A DNA stretch of 63,705 bases, counting the filler, from Chiloscyllium plagiosum (lineage: Eukaryota), in the NCBI RefSeq assembly GCF_004010195.1. It is 8 parts of 8 records of this genome, joined end to end, with 100 filler letters (N's around TTAATTAATTAA, not from the genome) between each part and the next. Parts side by side here need not be neighbours in the genome. Positions count along the whole stretch, not along the records: positions 1 to 4,192 come from NW_025194707.1; positions 4,293 to 16,054 come from NW_025206504.1; 6 more parts are not named here. One strand, given 5' to 3'. Numbering within the stretch: the stretch's first letter is position 1; each line of letters opens with the position of its first letter. Below, piece after piece: positions 1 through 12,375 of this stretch. Position numbers and translations under genes: made by a program. The notes beneath the pieces are model-generated. The model did no database searches, had not been told where the DNA came from, and saw only the letters and a list, made by a program, of their open reading frames with translations.

Positions 1-88
1 AATTCAGTGCTGACAATGACCTTTGTCCTGCCAACTCAGCCCTGTTCTATTTAAAGTTGTGTCTCCTCTGTGGACTGTCTCAAACCGT

Positions 89-417
89 CTACACACATTC
101 TGATCTCCTGATGCTCTTGCTGAGGGGAGAGGGGAGGTTCCCGTGGGTGAGGGCACAGGAGAAGCGAGCGTTGGACTCCCAGTCGGACCCAGAGAGGGTC
201 AGCAGGCTGCTGACACTGTAGGTGCTGTCCGAAGCTCGCAGGTAGTTGCTGGTCTGAACCCCGTCCGAAATGACTGCACCGTCCTTCTTCCACTGCACCT
301 CCAGCTCATCGGGATAGAAGTGATTGGGAAGGCACACCAGGGTGGCAGTGCCCTTGGCATTGACCTGCTCCCGGGAGGGGGTCAGCAGGGTCAGCTTGGG
401 CTGAGGGTTCTCACGGC
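89..417 (-). CDS. IGKC: Ig light chain kappa (shark type III/NS4-like) constant exon, intact
   Basis: Pyrimidine tract and CAG acceptor at 418-420 (minus). Reads RENPQPKLTLLTPSREQVNAKGTATLVCLPNHFYPDELEVQWKKDG...SNARFSCALTH...SECV*, with both C1-set Cys, the Trp and the C-terminal interchain Cys. Matches my recollection of shark kappa C. Confidence 0.95.
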
Positions 418-2129
418 CTGAAAGAAAAGAGAAGCAATTTTAATCCCTGCCAAACAAATGGATTTTGACTCTCAGCATATTCACTGGCAAATCAATCTGA
501 TTGAACATTTTAGTCAATACAGAATAAACCAGACAAAAGAACAGACATTGTTCACATTGCTTCTTGGGATTTGAGTGTCACTAGCAGGGCCAACATTTAT
601 TGCCTATCCCTAATTGCCCCTGAGAAGGTGATGGTGAAAGAGAAGGGACAGTTTTAGACCATCGTTTATGGAATGAATGTGGGCAGCTGGAAGGGCTATC
701 AATGGGGGAGCATTTCAGTGACAGTGATCAGAACTCAGTGAGATTGAGAGGAGGCATGGAGCAAGTGTAAAAGTTTTCATTGGCGAATGAACTATTTTAA
801 TAAACTGTGTGGTGATTTAGCAAAAGTGGACTGGCACCAGCGACATGATGGGAAATCAGTATCAGGACAGTAGAAGCCCTCGCAGGATTAGACAGAGACC
901 GTTCAGAATCTGTTCCCACAAGGAGTAAGGGTGGGACTCCCAAATCTAGACTCTCAGCCTGGGATGTCAAAAGGCAGCCAGAGTTGGGAAGATCAAATAG
1001 GGAAGGTGATGTTGGCTATCTGGAGTTCAAACCTGCAGAAAGCTGAGAGGAAAATAGAGGATGCATGGATGAAATTAAACAGGATCTGAGTAAAGCAAAG
1101 AGCTGACAGGATGAAGTATGTCCAAGTGAATCAGGGTAATCCCAACGAACAAGAGGATTGGGGGTCATGTACTGACATGGATTGGGAACTGGTTGGCAGA
1201 CAGGACAGAAACAACAAGTCTGTTTCTGAATGGCAGGTAGTTACCAGTTGTCGTACCACAGGGATCAGTCCTTGGTACCTAGTTATTCATAATATATAAT
1301 AATACAGTCATAGAGTCAGCGAGACCCAAAAGGCCCATCAGACCATTGTGTCCATATTGGTCAAAAAACAACAACCCAATAATTCTCATCCATTTTTCCG
1401 GCATGAGGGAATTAGATGTGGTATGTGTTCAAGAAGGAATTAGATTTGGTTCTTAGGATTAAATGGATTAAAGAATGTGGGGAGAAAGCAGGAACAGGGG
1501 ACTGTGTTGGATGATCAGCCATGATCATATTAAATGGTGGAGCAGGCTTGAGAGGCTGAATGGCCTATTCCTGCTGCGATTTTTGATGTTTCTCCCTATT
1601 GCTCAGATAATGAAGGAATGTCTCTCATCAGTTTGAAGCTGGAAGTCACAAGTGTGTGGAAGTGGAAGATGTGGTTACGGTGATTAATGAATGCGGGTCA
1701 GTAAGGTGGTTAAGAAGACACATGGGGTACATTTTATATTTTTTTCCCCTGATGGAATGAGGGCATTGCTGGATCGGCAGAATTTATTGCCCATCCCTAA
1801 TCACCCAGACGGCAGTTTAAAGTCAACCACATTGCTGTGGGTCTGGAGTCACATGGTAAGGATGGCAGTTTCCTTCCCTAAAGGACATTAAGGAATCAGA
1901 TGGCTTTTTCCTGACAATCAACAATTATTTCATGGTCATTATTAGACTCTTAATTGCAGATTTCTTTTATTGAATTCAAATTCCTCTATCTGCTGTGGCA
2001 GGATTCTAACCCTGGTCCCAGAACATTAATCTGGATCTGTGGATTAACAGCGCAGCAATAACACCATTAGACCATCACCTCCCTCATCTCAGTTTTGTTT
2101 GAGAGTGAAATCAAGGAGTTTGTTGATTC

Positions 2130-2610
2130 TGGAACTGTTTGAAACCCCAGTTAGAGCACAGTGAGAGAACAGTGTACAGTTCTGGTCACCACATTACAGG
2201 AAGGATGTGGTCCCACTTGAGACAGGGTCAGTGGAGGATTTTGTCAGGAATGGGGAGTTTGAAGAATGATTGGTTTGGCTGGGACTGTTTTCTTTGGAAC
2301 AGAGGAGGCTGAGGCGAGATTGATTGAGATGTGTAAAATGATGAGGGGCCTGGATAGAATGGATAGGAAGGACAGATTTCCATCAGCAGAGAGGGCAGTA
2401 ACCATGGAGAGAGATTGAAATGATTTGGGGGCATGATTAGAGGGAGTTGTGGATGTTTGTTTTCACCCAGAGGCTGTTGGGATCTGAGACTCTGTCTGAA
2501 AGGATGAGAGAGGCAGAAATCCTCATCATATTGAAAAAACACTTGGATATTCACTTGAAACATCGAAACCTCCAGAGCTATGGAGCAAGAGCTGGAAAGT
2601 GGGATGGAGC
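2130..2610 (+). mobile_element. Degenerate CR1-type LINE 3' fragment
   Basis: Remnant of the CR1 ORF2 tail (tgtacagttctggtcaccacattacaggaaggatgtg = CVQFWSPHYRKDV). Boundaries approximate. Confidence 0.7.
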
Positions 2611-2849
2611 TCGATACATCATTAACGAAACTCCGATCACCCACAGATCAGGAGAACTTTATCCGATAACATTGGAGCAGACATGGATCCACACACTTGA
2701 GGAAAGAGTCACATTGGGTGTCCATGTGGAAGGTTCCAGATTACATTTCAAACCTTGCTGCACACCAATGGGCTGAGGTCAAAAGTGAGGCTACAAAGAA
2801 TCTCAGTGTCCCAGGGTCAGCCAAGATCACTTCTCCGAATGACTCCATG

Positions 2850-3154
2850 ACCCCTGGAAGGTGAGAGTGTGCAGATAATGGGTGAGGTTCTGGATCAGGG
2901 GACTCCAAACTTAAAGAATGACTTGCATTTGTGTAGCACCTGTCACCAACTCAGGATGCCCCAATGGCTCTTTCCAGCAGGCTGTGCACAGCAAGATCGC
3001 ATACACAACCCCTGGAAGGTGAGAGTGTGCAGATAATGGGTGAGGGTCAAGATCAGGGGACTCCAAACAAAGAAAGACTTGCATTTGTGTAGCACCTGTC
3101 ACCAACTCAGGATGCCCCAATGGCTCTTTCTAGCAGGCTGTGCACAGCAAGATC
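2850..3154. repeat. ~158-bp direct tandem duplication (2 copies)
   Basis: acccctggaaggtgagagtgtgcagataatgggtgagg...cacagcaagatc at 2850-2998 and 3008-3154, near-identical. Confidence 0.9.
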
Positions 3155-3309
3155 CCAAACACATTATGATAATTAGAAGGAAAATAGATTTTTTATTGAT
3201 TTTGACTGGGGGATAAATACTGACCAGGGACACCAGGGGGAACTGCCTGCTTTTCATCCAATAGTGCCATGGAATTGCATCTTTCACAACTGAAAGACTC
3301 ACAGTTCAT

Positions 3310-4005
3310 TCAAAAAAAAGGAATAGTTCCTTGAAAGTGGAGTTGCAGGTAGGTGGGGGGGGAGGGAGGGTGTCATTTGGTATGTTTCCTTTGTTGGTCA
3401 GTGAATTGAGTGTTGGAGTTGGGAGCTGTTGCTGCTGTACAGGACATTGTTTAGGGCACTTTTGGAATACTGTGTGCAATTCTGGTCTCCCTGCTATAGG
3501 AAAAATGTTGTGAATCTTAAAATGGTTCAGAAAAGATTTACAACAATGCTGCCAGGGCTGGAGGGTTTGAGCTATCTGGAGAGGCTGAATAGGCTGAGGC
3601 TATTTTTCCTGCAACTTTGGAGGCTGAGGGGTGACCATATTGTGGTTCATAAAATCATGAGGGGCATAGATAGGGTGAATAGAGAAGATCTTTTCTCCAG
3701 AGTGGGGCAGTTGAAAACTAGAAGGCATAGGTGAAGGTGACAGGGGAAAGATGTAAAAGGGACCTAAGGGCCAACGTTTTCATGCGGAGGGTGGTACATG
3801 TACGGAATGAGCTGCCAGAGGAAGTGGTGGAGGCTGGTAGAATTACAGCAATTAAAAGGCACCTGAATGGGTATATGAATAGGAAGAGTTTAAAGGGATA
3901 TGGACCAAATGCTGGTAAATGGGACTAGATTAATTTAGGATATCTGGTCAGCATGGACAAGTTGGATCGAAGGGTCTGTTTCTGTGCTGTATGTTTCCAT
4001 AACTC
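3310..4005 (+). mobile_element. CR1 LINE 3' end (RT C-terminus and 3' UTR), decayed
   Basis: ORF 3429-3734 LYRTLFRALLEYCVQFWSPCYRK...VQKRFTTMLPGLEGLSYLERLNRL...RLRGD is the typical CR1 ORF2 tail. Confidence 0.9.
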
Positions 4006-4192
4006 CAATTGAAATTCAATCAAACCATTAACACCTGAGACTCTCCCAAAGACATTTACAGACAGCTTGTTTGAAAACCTGTCACTGCTGCAATGTCAGG
4101 AATGTGGCAGCCAGTTTCTACACAGCAAGATCCCACTGGAAACAATGAGATCAAGGAAAACTCTTATTGATGTTGGTTCAAGGATAACTACT

Positions 4193-4292
4193 NNNNNNNN
4201 NNNNNNNNNNNNNNNNNNNNNNNNNNNNNNNNNNNNTTAATTAATTAANNNNNNNNNNNNNNNNNNNNNNNNNNNNNNNNNNNNNNNNNNNN
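4193..4292. other. Artificial contig-joining linker
   Basis: 44 N + TTAATTAATTAA (4237-4248; stop codons in all six frames) + 44 N. Confidence 0.98.
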
Positions 4293-4625
4293 TATGAAGG
4301 GACTGGATAAGACAGGCGTAGAGAGGATGTGACCACTGGCAGATGAAACTAGGACAAGAGGGTGTAGCCTCAGAATTCGGGGGAGCGGATTTAGGACTGA
4401 ACTGAGAAGGAACGTCTTCGCTCGGGGGTGGGGTTGGGAAATTACGGGAGTCCCTGCCCAGTGATGTCGTTGGCGTTACTTCGGTAAACCTTCTTCGAGC
4501 GAAGGTAGATTTTTGTTACGAACGATGAAGGAACGGAGGGTTGTGGCGAGAGGGCCACAAAAACCATCAGCCACGTTCTTGGTTGAATGGCTGAGCTAGC
4601 TGGAAAGGTCGGATGGCCGACTCCA
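4293..4625 (+). mobile_element. CR1 LINE 3' fragment
   Basis: Close paralog of 9030-9350 (aggacaagagg...agcctcagaattc...gagaaggaacgtcttc). Confidence 0.75.
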
Positions 4626-4981
4626 GCTCCCGGTTCGTGCGTATCGCGTGCGTGGCGCTGGGTCCCCATTCCTGCAGGGAGGAGGTGGACGGACCCTTGG
4701 GACAAACCGGGGGGTGGGTTCCCTGGGACTGGAGTGTATTTGCCGGGAGGGGAGCGTGGATCATCTTGGAATGGTTTGCACTGGAGCCGGGAGTGAGCCG
4801 GTAGAATTCTACAAGAGACGTGGAGCGTCAGAGAGTGGAGAGGTCACATACCCTGGGGATGTAGGTTTAAGGTGTGGGGGGGGGGGGGGGAAGGGGGCAG
4901 CGAGGAGTTTGAAGGCGAGGTGGGTACGTTAGCCAGAGGATCACCAGGCCAGTTACCTTGCTCGGCACCAAAACCACATCC

Positions 4982-5039
<58 letters not shown>

Positions 5040-5114
5040 TCCCATGCCCCACGCTTCCTCGACTGCTATTGCCTGAAACTCAGGCAGTCTGTACGGGGCC
5101 GGGAGGGGGGTGGG

Positions 5115-6145
5115 GGGGTGACACAGTGACTCAGTGGCGAGTGCCGCTGCCACGCGGTGCTAGGGACCTGGGTTCAATACCAGCTTCGGGCGACTGTCTG
5201 TGTGGAGTTTGCACATTCTCCCCCCTCTGTGTCTGTGTGAGTTTCTTCCGGGGTCTCCGGTCTCCTCCCACAGTCCAAAGATGTGCAGGTTAGGATGGAC
5301 TGGCCGTGCTAAATTACCCATAGTGCCCAGGGATGTGCAGGTAAGGGTGGATTGGCCGTGCTAAATTACCCATAGTGCCCAGGGATGTGCAGATTATGGT
5401 GAATTGGCCGTGCTAAATTACCCATAGTGCCCAGGGATGTGCAGATTAGGGTGAATTGGCCGTGCTAAATTACCCATAGTGCCCAGGGATGTGCAGATTA
5501 GGGTGGATTGGCCGTGCTAAATTACCCATAGTGCCCAGGGATGAGCAGGTTATGGTGAATTGGCCGTGCTAAATTACCCATAGTGCCCAGGGATGAGCAG
5601 GTTANNNNNNNNNNNNNNNNNNNNNNNNNNNNNNNNNNNNNNNNNNNNNNNNNNNNNNNNNNNNNNNNNNNNNNNNNNNNNNNNNNNNNNNNNNNNNNNN
5701 NNNNNNNNNNNNNNNNNNNNNNNNNNNNNNNNNNNNNNNNNNNNNNNNNNNNNNNNNNNNNNNNNNNNNNNNNNNNNNNNNNNNNNNNNNNNNNNNNNNN
5801 NNNNNNNNNNNNNNNNNNNNNNNNNNNNNNNNNNNNNNNNNNNNNNNNNNNNNNNNNNNNNNNNNNNNNNNNNNNNNNNNNNNNNNNNNNNNNNNNNNNN
5901 NNNNNNNNNNNNNNNNNNNNNNNNNNNNNNNNNNNNNNNNNNNNNNNNNNNNNNNNNNNNNNNNNNNNNNNNNNNNGATGTGCAGGTTAGGGTGGATTGG
6001 CCGTGCTAAATCACCCATAGTGCCCAGGGATGTGCAGGTTAGGGTGGTTTGGCCATGCTAAATTACCCATAGTGCCCAGGGATGTGCAGGTTAGGGGGGA
6101 TTGGCCATGCTAAATCACCCATAGTGTCTTGCGGTAGGTGGATTA
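5115..6145 (+). mobile_element. HE1/V-SINE-like tRNA SINE with an internal 52-bp tandem array
   Basis: tRNA-like head (gtgactcagtgg...gggttcaatacc) and V-SINE core (tgtggagtttgcacattctcc...tcctcccacagtccaaagatgtgc). The unit gatgtgcaggttagggtggattggccgtgctaaattacccatagtgcccagg recurs at 5280, 5332, 5384 and onward across an N gap. Confidence 0.85.
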
Positions 6146-7584
6146 GCCAGGGGGAATGGCGGGGCACAGGGATAGGGTTGTGTGTGTGTGTCGGGTGGGG
6201 GGGGTTGCGTGGTTGATGCTGTCCGGGGCGATGGTGCGGCCTTGGGGTTTTGTTTTGATTCACCCACGGGATGCGGGCGTCCCCGGCCCTCCCAGCGCTT
6301 ATTGCCCCATCCCTAATTGCCCAGCGTTGCGGGGTTTTCCCCCTAATGATTGGCCATGAGTTTACAACCGCCACTCAATTCCTAACGCGGGGTATTTATT
6401 GAATGCGAATTCTACCCTGGTGAGGGTCGAACCTGGGGTCCCCAGTGGTCTCTGGATTAACCGTCCAGCCGTAAGACCACTGCGTGCCATCGCACCCCCC
6501 CCCTCCTGCCCTTATGCTGGGCTGAGAGACACGTGCAGGGAATCTGTGCTGGAAAGCTGCTGCTAAACACGCACGGAAACCGTCCATCGGAAAATGACTG
6601 GGCGTTTGCTCTAACCTGCGGTGTGTGTGTTTTTTTTCCACCCCACCGACCTCATTTCGCGAACGAGGGTGCTTTTTTTTTTTAAAAGGAGAACGTTTTG
6701 CTAAAATGAGTTGTTTGTCGCGAAATCTCTTGCAGGTTTGCAAAGCGCCTCTCTCTCTCTCTCTGTGGTGCAACTTGCTTCCGCTCTGAGAGTCGCAGCT
6801 GAGCCCAGCTCTGCCTCTGTATGTGTTTGCGAGGGCTCGGTGGAAAATAAAAACGAGAACTAATTGATGTTATCTCCCCCGGGCGAAACTTTCCGTTCCC
6901 TCTGAGAAAGCGCACACATGCACAGACGCACGCACACGCGTGTGGCGTGGTGCGGAAATGAGACAGAGAGAGAGAGAGGGGGGCAGCTGTCTCCTGCGGT
7001 TCTGACCTACTTTCTGTGCCAGAGCTCAACTCGCGAAAAGTTTCCATCCAGCCAGCATTCTTTTCAGTCGGCACGTGTGTTAAGTGGGTCAGGTCGCGGG
7101 CTTCTCTTTCCCCACTTCCCCCCACCCCCCTCTCCCCCGTGCCCCTTAATTTGACCTCTTTGTAGAAGTTAACAGCAAAGAAACAGGCCCTTCAGCCCAA
7201 CCTGCCCGTGCCCTCCCCCCCGACTACTCCCCAATGCGCCTGCGGTTCTGCACCCTCCCTCCCCCTATTCCATTTGGATGGGTACATGAATAGGAAGGGT
7301 TTGGAGGGATATGGGCCGAGTGCTGGCAGATGGGACGAGATTGGGTTGGGATATCTGGGTCGGCATGGACGGGTTGGGCCGAAGGGTCTGTTTCCGTGCT
7401 GTACATCCCTGTGACTCTCTGATGCTAAATGACAAAATCGTAACCCCCTTTCAACACCTCTGTGTGAAAAATATTTGTCCCCTCTGGACTCTTTTCTATG
7501 TTCACCCACTAGACTCCCCTACCACGAGGAAAGGCCTTATCTTGTGATTTTGCAGACCTTTATAAGGTCACTCCCCCCCCCACC

Positions 7585-7945
7585 CTGAGACAGGAAGCCA
7601 ACTTGCGGAACGTTTCAGAGAACATCTCCGGGGTACCCGCACCCACCAACCCCAATGCCCCCTGTGGCCCGTGTTAGTGAAGTTGATGAACTGTTCAACC
7701 TCCTCGTGGGATCATGAGGTGGCGCCGATACAGTCATCCACCCTCTCCTCTGACCTATCACCATCACCCCCATCTTCATCTACCTATCACCTTCCCAACT
7801 ACCTTCCCCCCACCCACACCCTCCTATTTATCTCTCAGCTCCCTTGCTCCCCCATCCCCCATTCCAGGTGAAGGGCTTATGCCCGAAACGTGGACTCTCC
7901 TGCTCCTCGGACGCTGCCTGACCATCTGTGTTTTTCCAGCACCTT
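7585..7945 (+). mobile_element. Penelope-like element fragment (GIY-YIG remnant plus 3' end with degenerate hammerhead)
   Basis: gagacaggaagccaacttgcggaacgtttcagagaacatctc = ETGSQLAERFREHL; 3' end gaagggcttatgcccgaaacgt is homologous to 59331-59955. Confidence 0.8.
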
Positions 7946-8519
7946 GCCTTTTGACCCCCTTCCCACAGTAGAGCGACTGGAACTGCGCACAGTAGCTTGG
8001 TGTGAGTGTCTCAGTCTGGTCTCACCCTGTATCGTTGTAGTGAGGCATCCTCTCCTTCTGGACACCCGGTCTGTCTTGCAGGTAAAGGCCAGAGGCTGGG
8101 ACAGTGCCACCCTGCCTCCCAGACATCCCTTGAGTGAGTGAGGACAGGTGGAGTTAACTCAACACCTTTCCCCAGACACTGGCCTCCGTTCCTATCCCAT
8201 CTATGAGGGACGACAGATTATGGGGCGGGCTGATATTAGAGTCAGAGGAGTCTACCGCGCAGAAAAAGGCCCTTCAGCCCATCGGCTCTGCGCCGGTGCT
8301 CTCACTAGAATCGACTTCAATATGGTTGTAGTTGGTCCTCAACGCCACCTTCCCGCTTTATCTCCAGACCTCTCAATGCCATCAACACTCTTAATAAATG
8401 TATCTATCTCTTTGCTGTAACTCGACACTGTCTTCCCATTTCTCCCCATTGCTCCTTCAGTGTTAAAACAGGAGGGGTATGTTGCTGGGATGGAGTATCT
8501 GTAAAGAGTATTGCTGGGG

Positions 8520-9350
8520 AATCCCAAAATCTCCAGAAAGCCCACAGAGGGATATCTATATCGGTTAGCGGAGTGGGAAGGGGTCTGGGCAGTTGGGGTG
8601 CAGCGTTGGTGAATGTGAGGTCATCCATTTTGGGTCAGGGTAACAGTAAAAAGGACTATTACTTGAATGGTTAAAAAGCTGCAGCGTGCTGCTATGCCGA
8701 GGGACCTGGGTTTCCTTGTTCATGAATCAAAGAGGGTTGGGTCTGCAGGTAATTAGGAAGGCAATTGGAACTTTGTCCTTCATTGTTAAAGGGATTGAGT
8801 TTAAAAACAGGGAGGTTATATTGCAGGGTGCTAGTGAGGCCACACCTGGAGTACTGTGTGCAGTTTTGATCTCCTTACCTGAAAAAGGATGTACAAGCAG
8901 TAGAGGGGATACAGAGGAGGGTCTCTAGGTTGGTTCTGGAGTTGAGGGGGTTGGCTTATGAGGAGAGACTGAGTAGACTGGGATTATATTCTTTGGAATT
9001 TAGATTACGAATTTAGATACCTATAAAGTGATGACGGGAATGGATCAGACAGATGTGGAGAGGATGTTTCCACCAGCAGATGAAACGAGGACAAGAGGGC
9101 ATAGCCTCAGAATTCAGGGGAGCAGATTTCGGACTGAATTGAGAAGGAACGTCTTCACTCGGGGGAGTGGGGGGGTTGGGAATCGATGGAAGTCTCTGCC
9201 CAGTGATGTCGTTGGTGTTACTTCAGTAAACGTTTTTCGAGCGAAGGTAGATTTTTGTTTCGAACAATGAAGGAACGGAGGGTTATGGTGAGAGGGTGGG
9301 TGAGTGGAGCTGAGGCCAGCCGTCATCTTATTAAATAGCAGAGTAAGGTC
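8520..9350 (+). mobile_element. CR1 LINE 3' fragment
   Basis: RT tail motifs (ccacacctggagtactgtgtgcagttttg...; LAYEERLSRLGLYSLE; RTRGHSLRI). Confidence 0.85.
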
Positions 9351-10828
9351 GAAGGTTCCTATAAACGAAGCTTGAAGCCTTATCTGGTTACACACATTAA
9401 ATTGTCTTTGTATGACTCAAAAGGAAATCACTTGTTTTTTTGACTTAAGGTACACTGACAGCCTCGCATTGAGCTATTCAGCGATGAAACCACTATGAAA
9501 CGTATGTTGCTGCACAACAGATTTCACACCGCGCAGTGTTAGCATCAGCTCGGACCACAGTCCCTCCTCCTGCTGTCCTCACCGAGTGACCGCAGGGAGC
9601 AAAGAATACAGTGTGTATGTGTGCGGGTGTGTCTGTGTTCATGTACATATGTGTGAGTGTGCAACCGTGTGTCTGTGTGCATGTGTGCGTGCGCGAGTGT
9701 GTGCACGTGTCAGTGTGCATGTACGCGTGAGTGTCTGTGTGTGTTTGTGCATGTGTCTGTGTATGTCNNNNNNNNNNNNNNNNNNNNNNNNNNNNNNNNN
9801 NNNNNNNNNNNNNNNNNNNNNNNNNNNNNNNNNNNNNNNNNNNNNNNNNNNNNNNNNNNNNNNNNNNNNNNNNNNNNNNNNNNNNNNNNNNNNNNNNNNN
9901 NNNNNNNNNATGAATAACCTCTGCTAAGGTTTGGGGACAACACACTGCAACCTGTTCAAAATAGAAAATGGAAACTATAATGTGGCTATAACCATGACAC
10001 CTTCTTAGGCCTTGCTGAAGTCCTCATTTGACTCCTTTGCTTCAGTACCAGGCCCTCAGGTGAGCTGGCATCAACACAATCCTTTTACCCCAATTATTGG
10101 TCATAGGCAGATCCCTGCTCTGCCCCAGCCTTGAAGCTATGCACAGCCTCTGTCTCTCTACTCTTGTGTTTGCAACTGTGAGGTAGAAGTACGGTACACC
10201 TTTTCATCTTCATTATTCTCTGCCTCTCCATTCCCCTGATTGGAAGGCTGCCAGTCATTGGAAATGAAAAATAGGTCAAGTATTAGGTTGTGGCAGGGGA
10301 AGGAAAGAAACATTTTCACCATCTGCAGCTTGAGAAACAAATGAGATTGCAGAATCAGAGAGAAGTGAGAAGAGGGGAGGAGGGTGGGATATGTGGATCC
10401 TCACACCATCGCCCCTTCTCGCCTCAGGAATGCCCTGCCCAACTGTGATGTGTGATGTGTTCTTCATAGTGACTACAATATCCATATGTACTTGTTCAAC
10501 TCCAGTTCCGTACTGCTGTCAAACACCACTTCATCCTGCCACAAAGGGGCAAGTGTTGCAGTAAGTGCCCTGCAATACATTTATGTGCATGGAAGACCAG
10601 ATGTGNNNNNNNNNNNNNNNNNNNNNNNNNNNNNNNNNNNNNNNNNNNNNNNNNNNNNNNNNNNNTGTGTGTGTCTGTGTGTGTCTGTGTGTGTGTCTGT
10701 GTGTGTGTCTGTGTGTGTCTGTGTGTGTGTGTATGTCTGTGTACACACTGCCGGTTTCTCAATGCAAGTAAGAGTGAGCAGTACAAAATGACCAAAGCTC
10801 AGGGTCGGTTTGATCATAAAAGATATAT

Positions 10829-11024
10829 TTTATTGGGCAAGCACGATGAGAAAGATTTGGCAAGGTTTTGTAAAGCTGGCAGAAATTCTTTGCAAAGCAG
10901 GACATTACTGAGCCCCGTCACATCTAAAACAGCGAGTAATCTCCCCAGTGGGGTCTAAGTCTACAAATGGTATTGACTATTCAATATCTTTTCATATACA
11001 GTAGCTTTCCTTTACGCTTCAGAT

Positions 11025-11073
<49 letters not shown>

Positions 11074-11615
11074 GACCTAAAACACGGCCAAATCCAATCT
11101 TTTGGAATTTGACCGTCGGAGTTTAACCTCAGAGTTAGGGATGGATCGATTAGGTGGGGGGGAGAGTAGAGGCGATGGAGATTGTGTGGAGTGTATTGAC
11201 AGGGATGAAGCCCTGTCCAGAGACGGCATTTGGAGGGAAGAGGGGGGAGCAGGGTGGGATGGGGAGCCTTCTGAGCACAGGGGAAAGAGGGAGAGATTAA
11301 GCATCTCCGACACAAGAGGAACATTAGCAGACGCAGAAAGATTCGCAGGTTAGAGTGGATTTTCTTCCTCGTCTTTCCTGGGGCTGTCGGTGTTGGGGGC
11401 TGGGTGGGGGAACATTACAGGACATGGGGCATTAACGCGTACCGCAGTTCCCCTCCCGATGGGACACGGAGAAGGGAAAACCCACCGTTCATGCGGTTCC
11501 CGCTTCCCTCGCGAATACGAGCTGAAATTGACCAGGAGCCAGAGACGCCAGAGATGGATAACTCAGTGAGGCTCCAGTAGACATTACCCAAATCGTTACA
11601 TTCAGAGAGAGATTC
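10829..11615 (-). other. Putative untranslated last exon (3' UTR) of TCR alpha C
   Basis: The TM exon has a donor 1 nt after its stop, so a further non-coding exon is implied. Candidate acceptor tgtgctttcag at 11616-11626 and AATAAA at 10829-10834 (minus). Confidence 0.4.
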
Positions 11616-12172
11616 CTGAAAGCACAAGTCTACAGATATATACAAGGACAGACACACACACACACACACACACACATATCGCTCGCGTTTTTACACGCTG
11701 TCGCAGTCACAATCCGAGCAGATATTGCTGAGTCTTCAAACGAAGAATTTTTGATAGCACAAACACGCTCACAGTTGCCGGTCTACCTGGTCAGAGAGAG
11801 AGAGAGAGAGAGAAGATATTCAGATCTTGGCATCAGAGAGGGTACCACGCGATCTTCCCAGATGGTGCCAACTCATTCCAGAGTCCTACCCCTGGTAGTT
11901 CCCATCCAAACCAATCAAATTCCAACGCGATTAGAAAGTACGGGGTCTGAGTCCACTGCAATAATCAGGGCAGGAGTGTCTCACAGAAACTGGCCAACTT
12001 CGGACAGGGCTAGACAGGGTGGGTCAAGTTGAATGTTTCCCTCCCTCCAGCCAGGAGATAGTCTGCCCCTCCACCCTCTCTCACTGTGGGACAGTCCCAC
12101 CAGCAACAGCTCCCCCCCCCCCCCCCCCCACAACAGAGCCAGAGGGAGACACTGAGCCGTCTGTCTCTCACC

Positions 12173-12279
12173 TCAGGAGATCCAGACACGGATAGTCATC
12201 AGCACGTTGAAGACTATACTCTTCACAAACAGAATCCTTAATCCGAAGATGGTCAGCGACAGAAGGTTGAATTGTGGAT
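12173..12279 (-). CDS. TRAC: TCR alpha transmembrane/cytoplasmic exon
   Basis: ctctcag|at cca caa ttc... = (D)PQFNLLSLTIFGLRILFVKSIVFNVLMTIRVWIS*, then g|gtgag. Has the TCR alpha/delta intramembrane Arg and Lys and the FN motif. Confidence 0.95.
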
Positions 12280-12375
12280 CTGAGAGGGGAGACGGAACAG
12301 AAACTGAGAAGGTGGTTGGAAATGACGGGGCATTTGACACCATTCAACATTTCCTTGTGGCATTGATGTGTTGGT

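Noticed and set aside
4867-5153. Poly-Pro/poly-Gly ORFs and the ~55-nt poly-C tract
   Set aside because: Homopolymer translation; the tract length may be a sequencing or gap-filling artefact.
5280-6126. Regular repeat array resembling CRISPR
   Set aside because: Head-to-tail 52-bp units without unique spacers, derived from a SINE interior; eukaryotic context and no cas genes.
4293-11000. DAD1 expected downstream of TRAC by vertebrate synteny
   Set aside because: No DAD1-like peptide recognised in the sequenced part.
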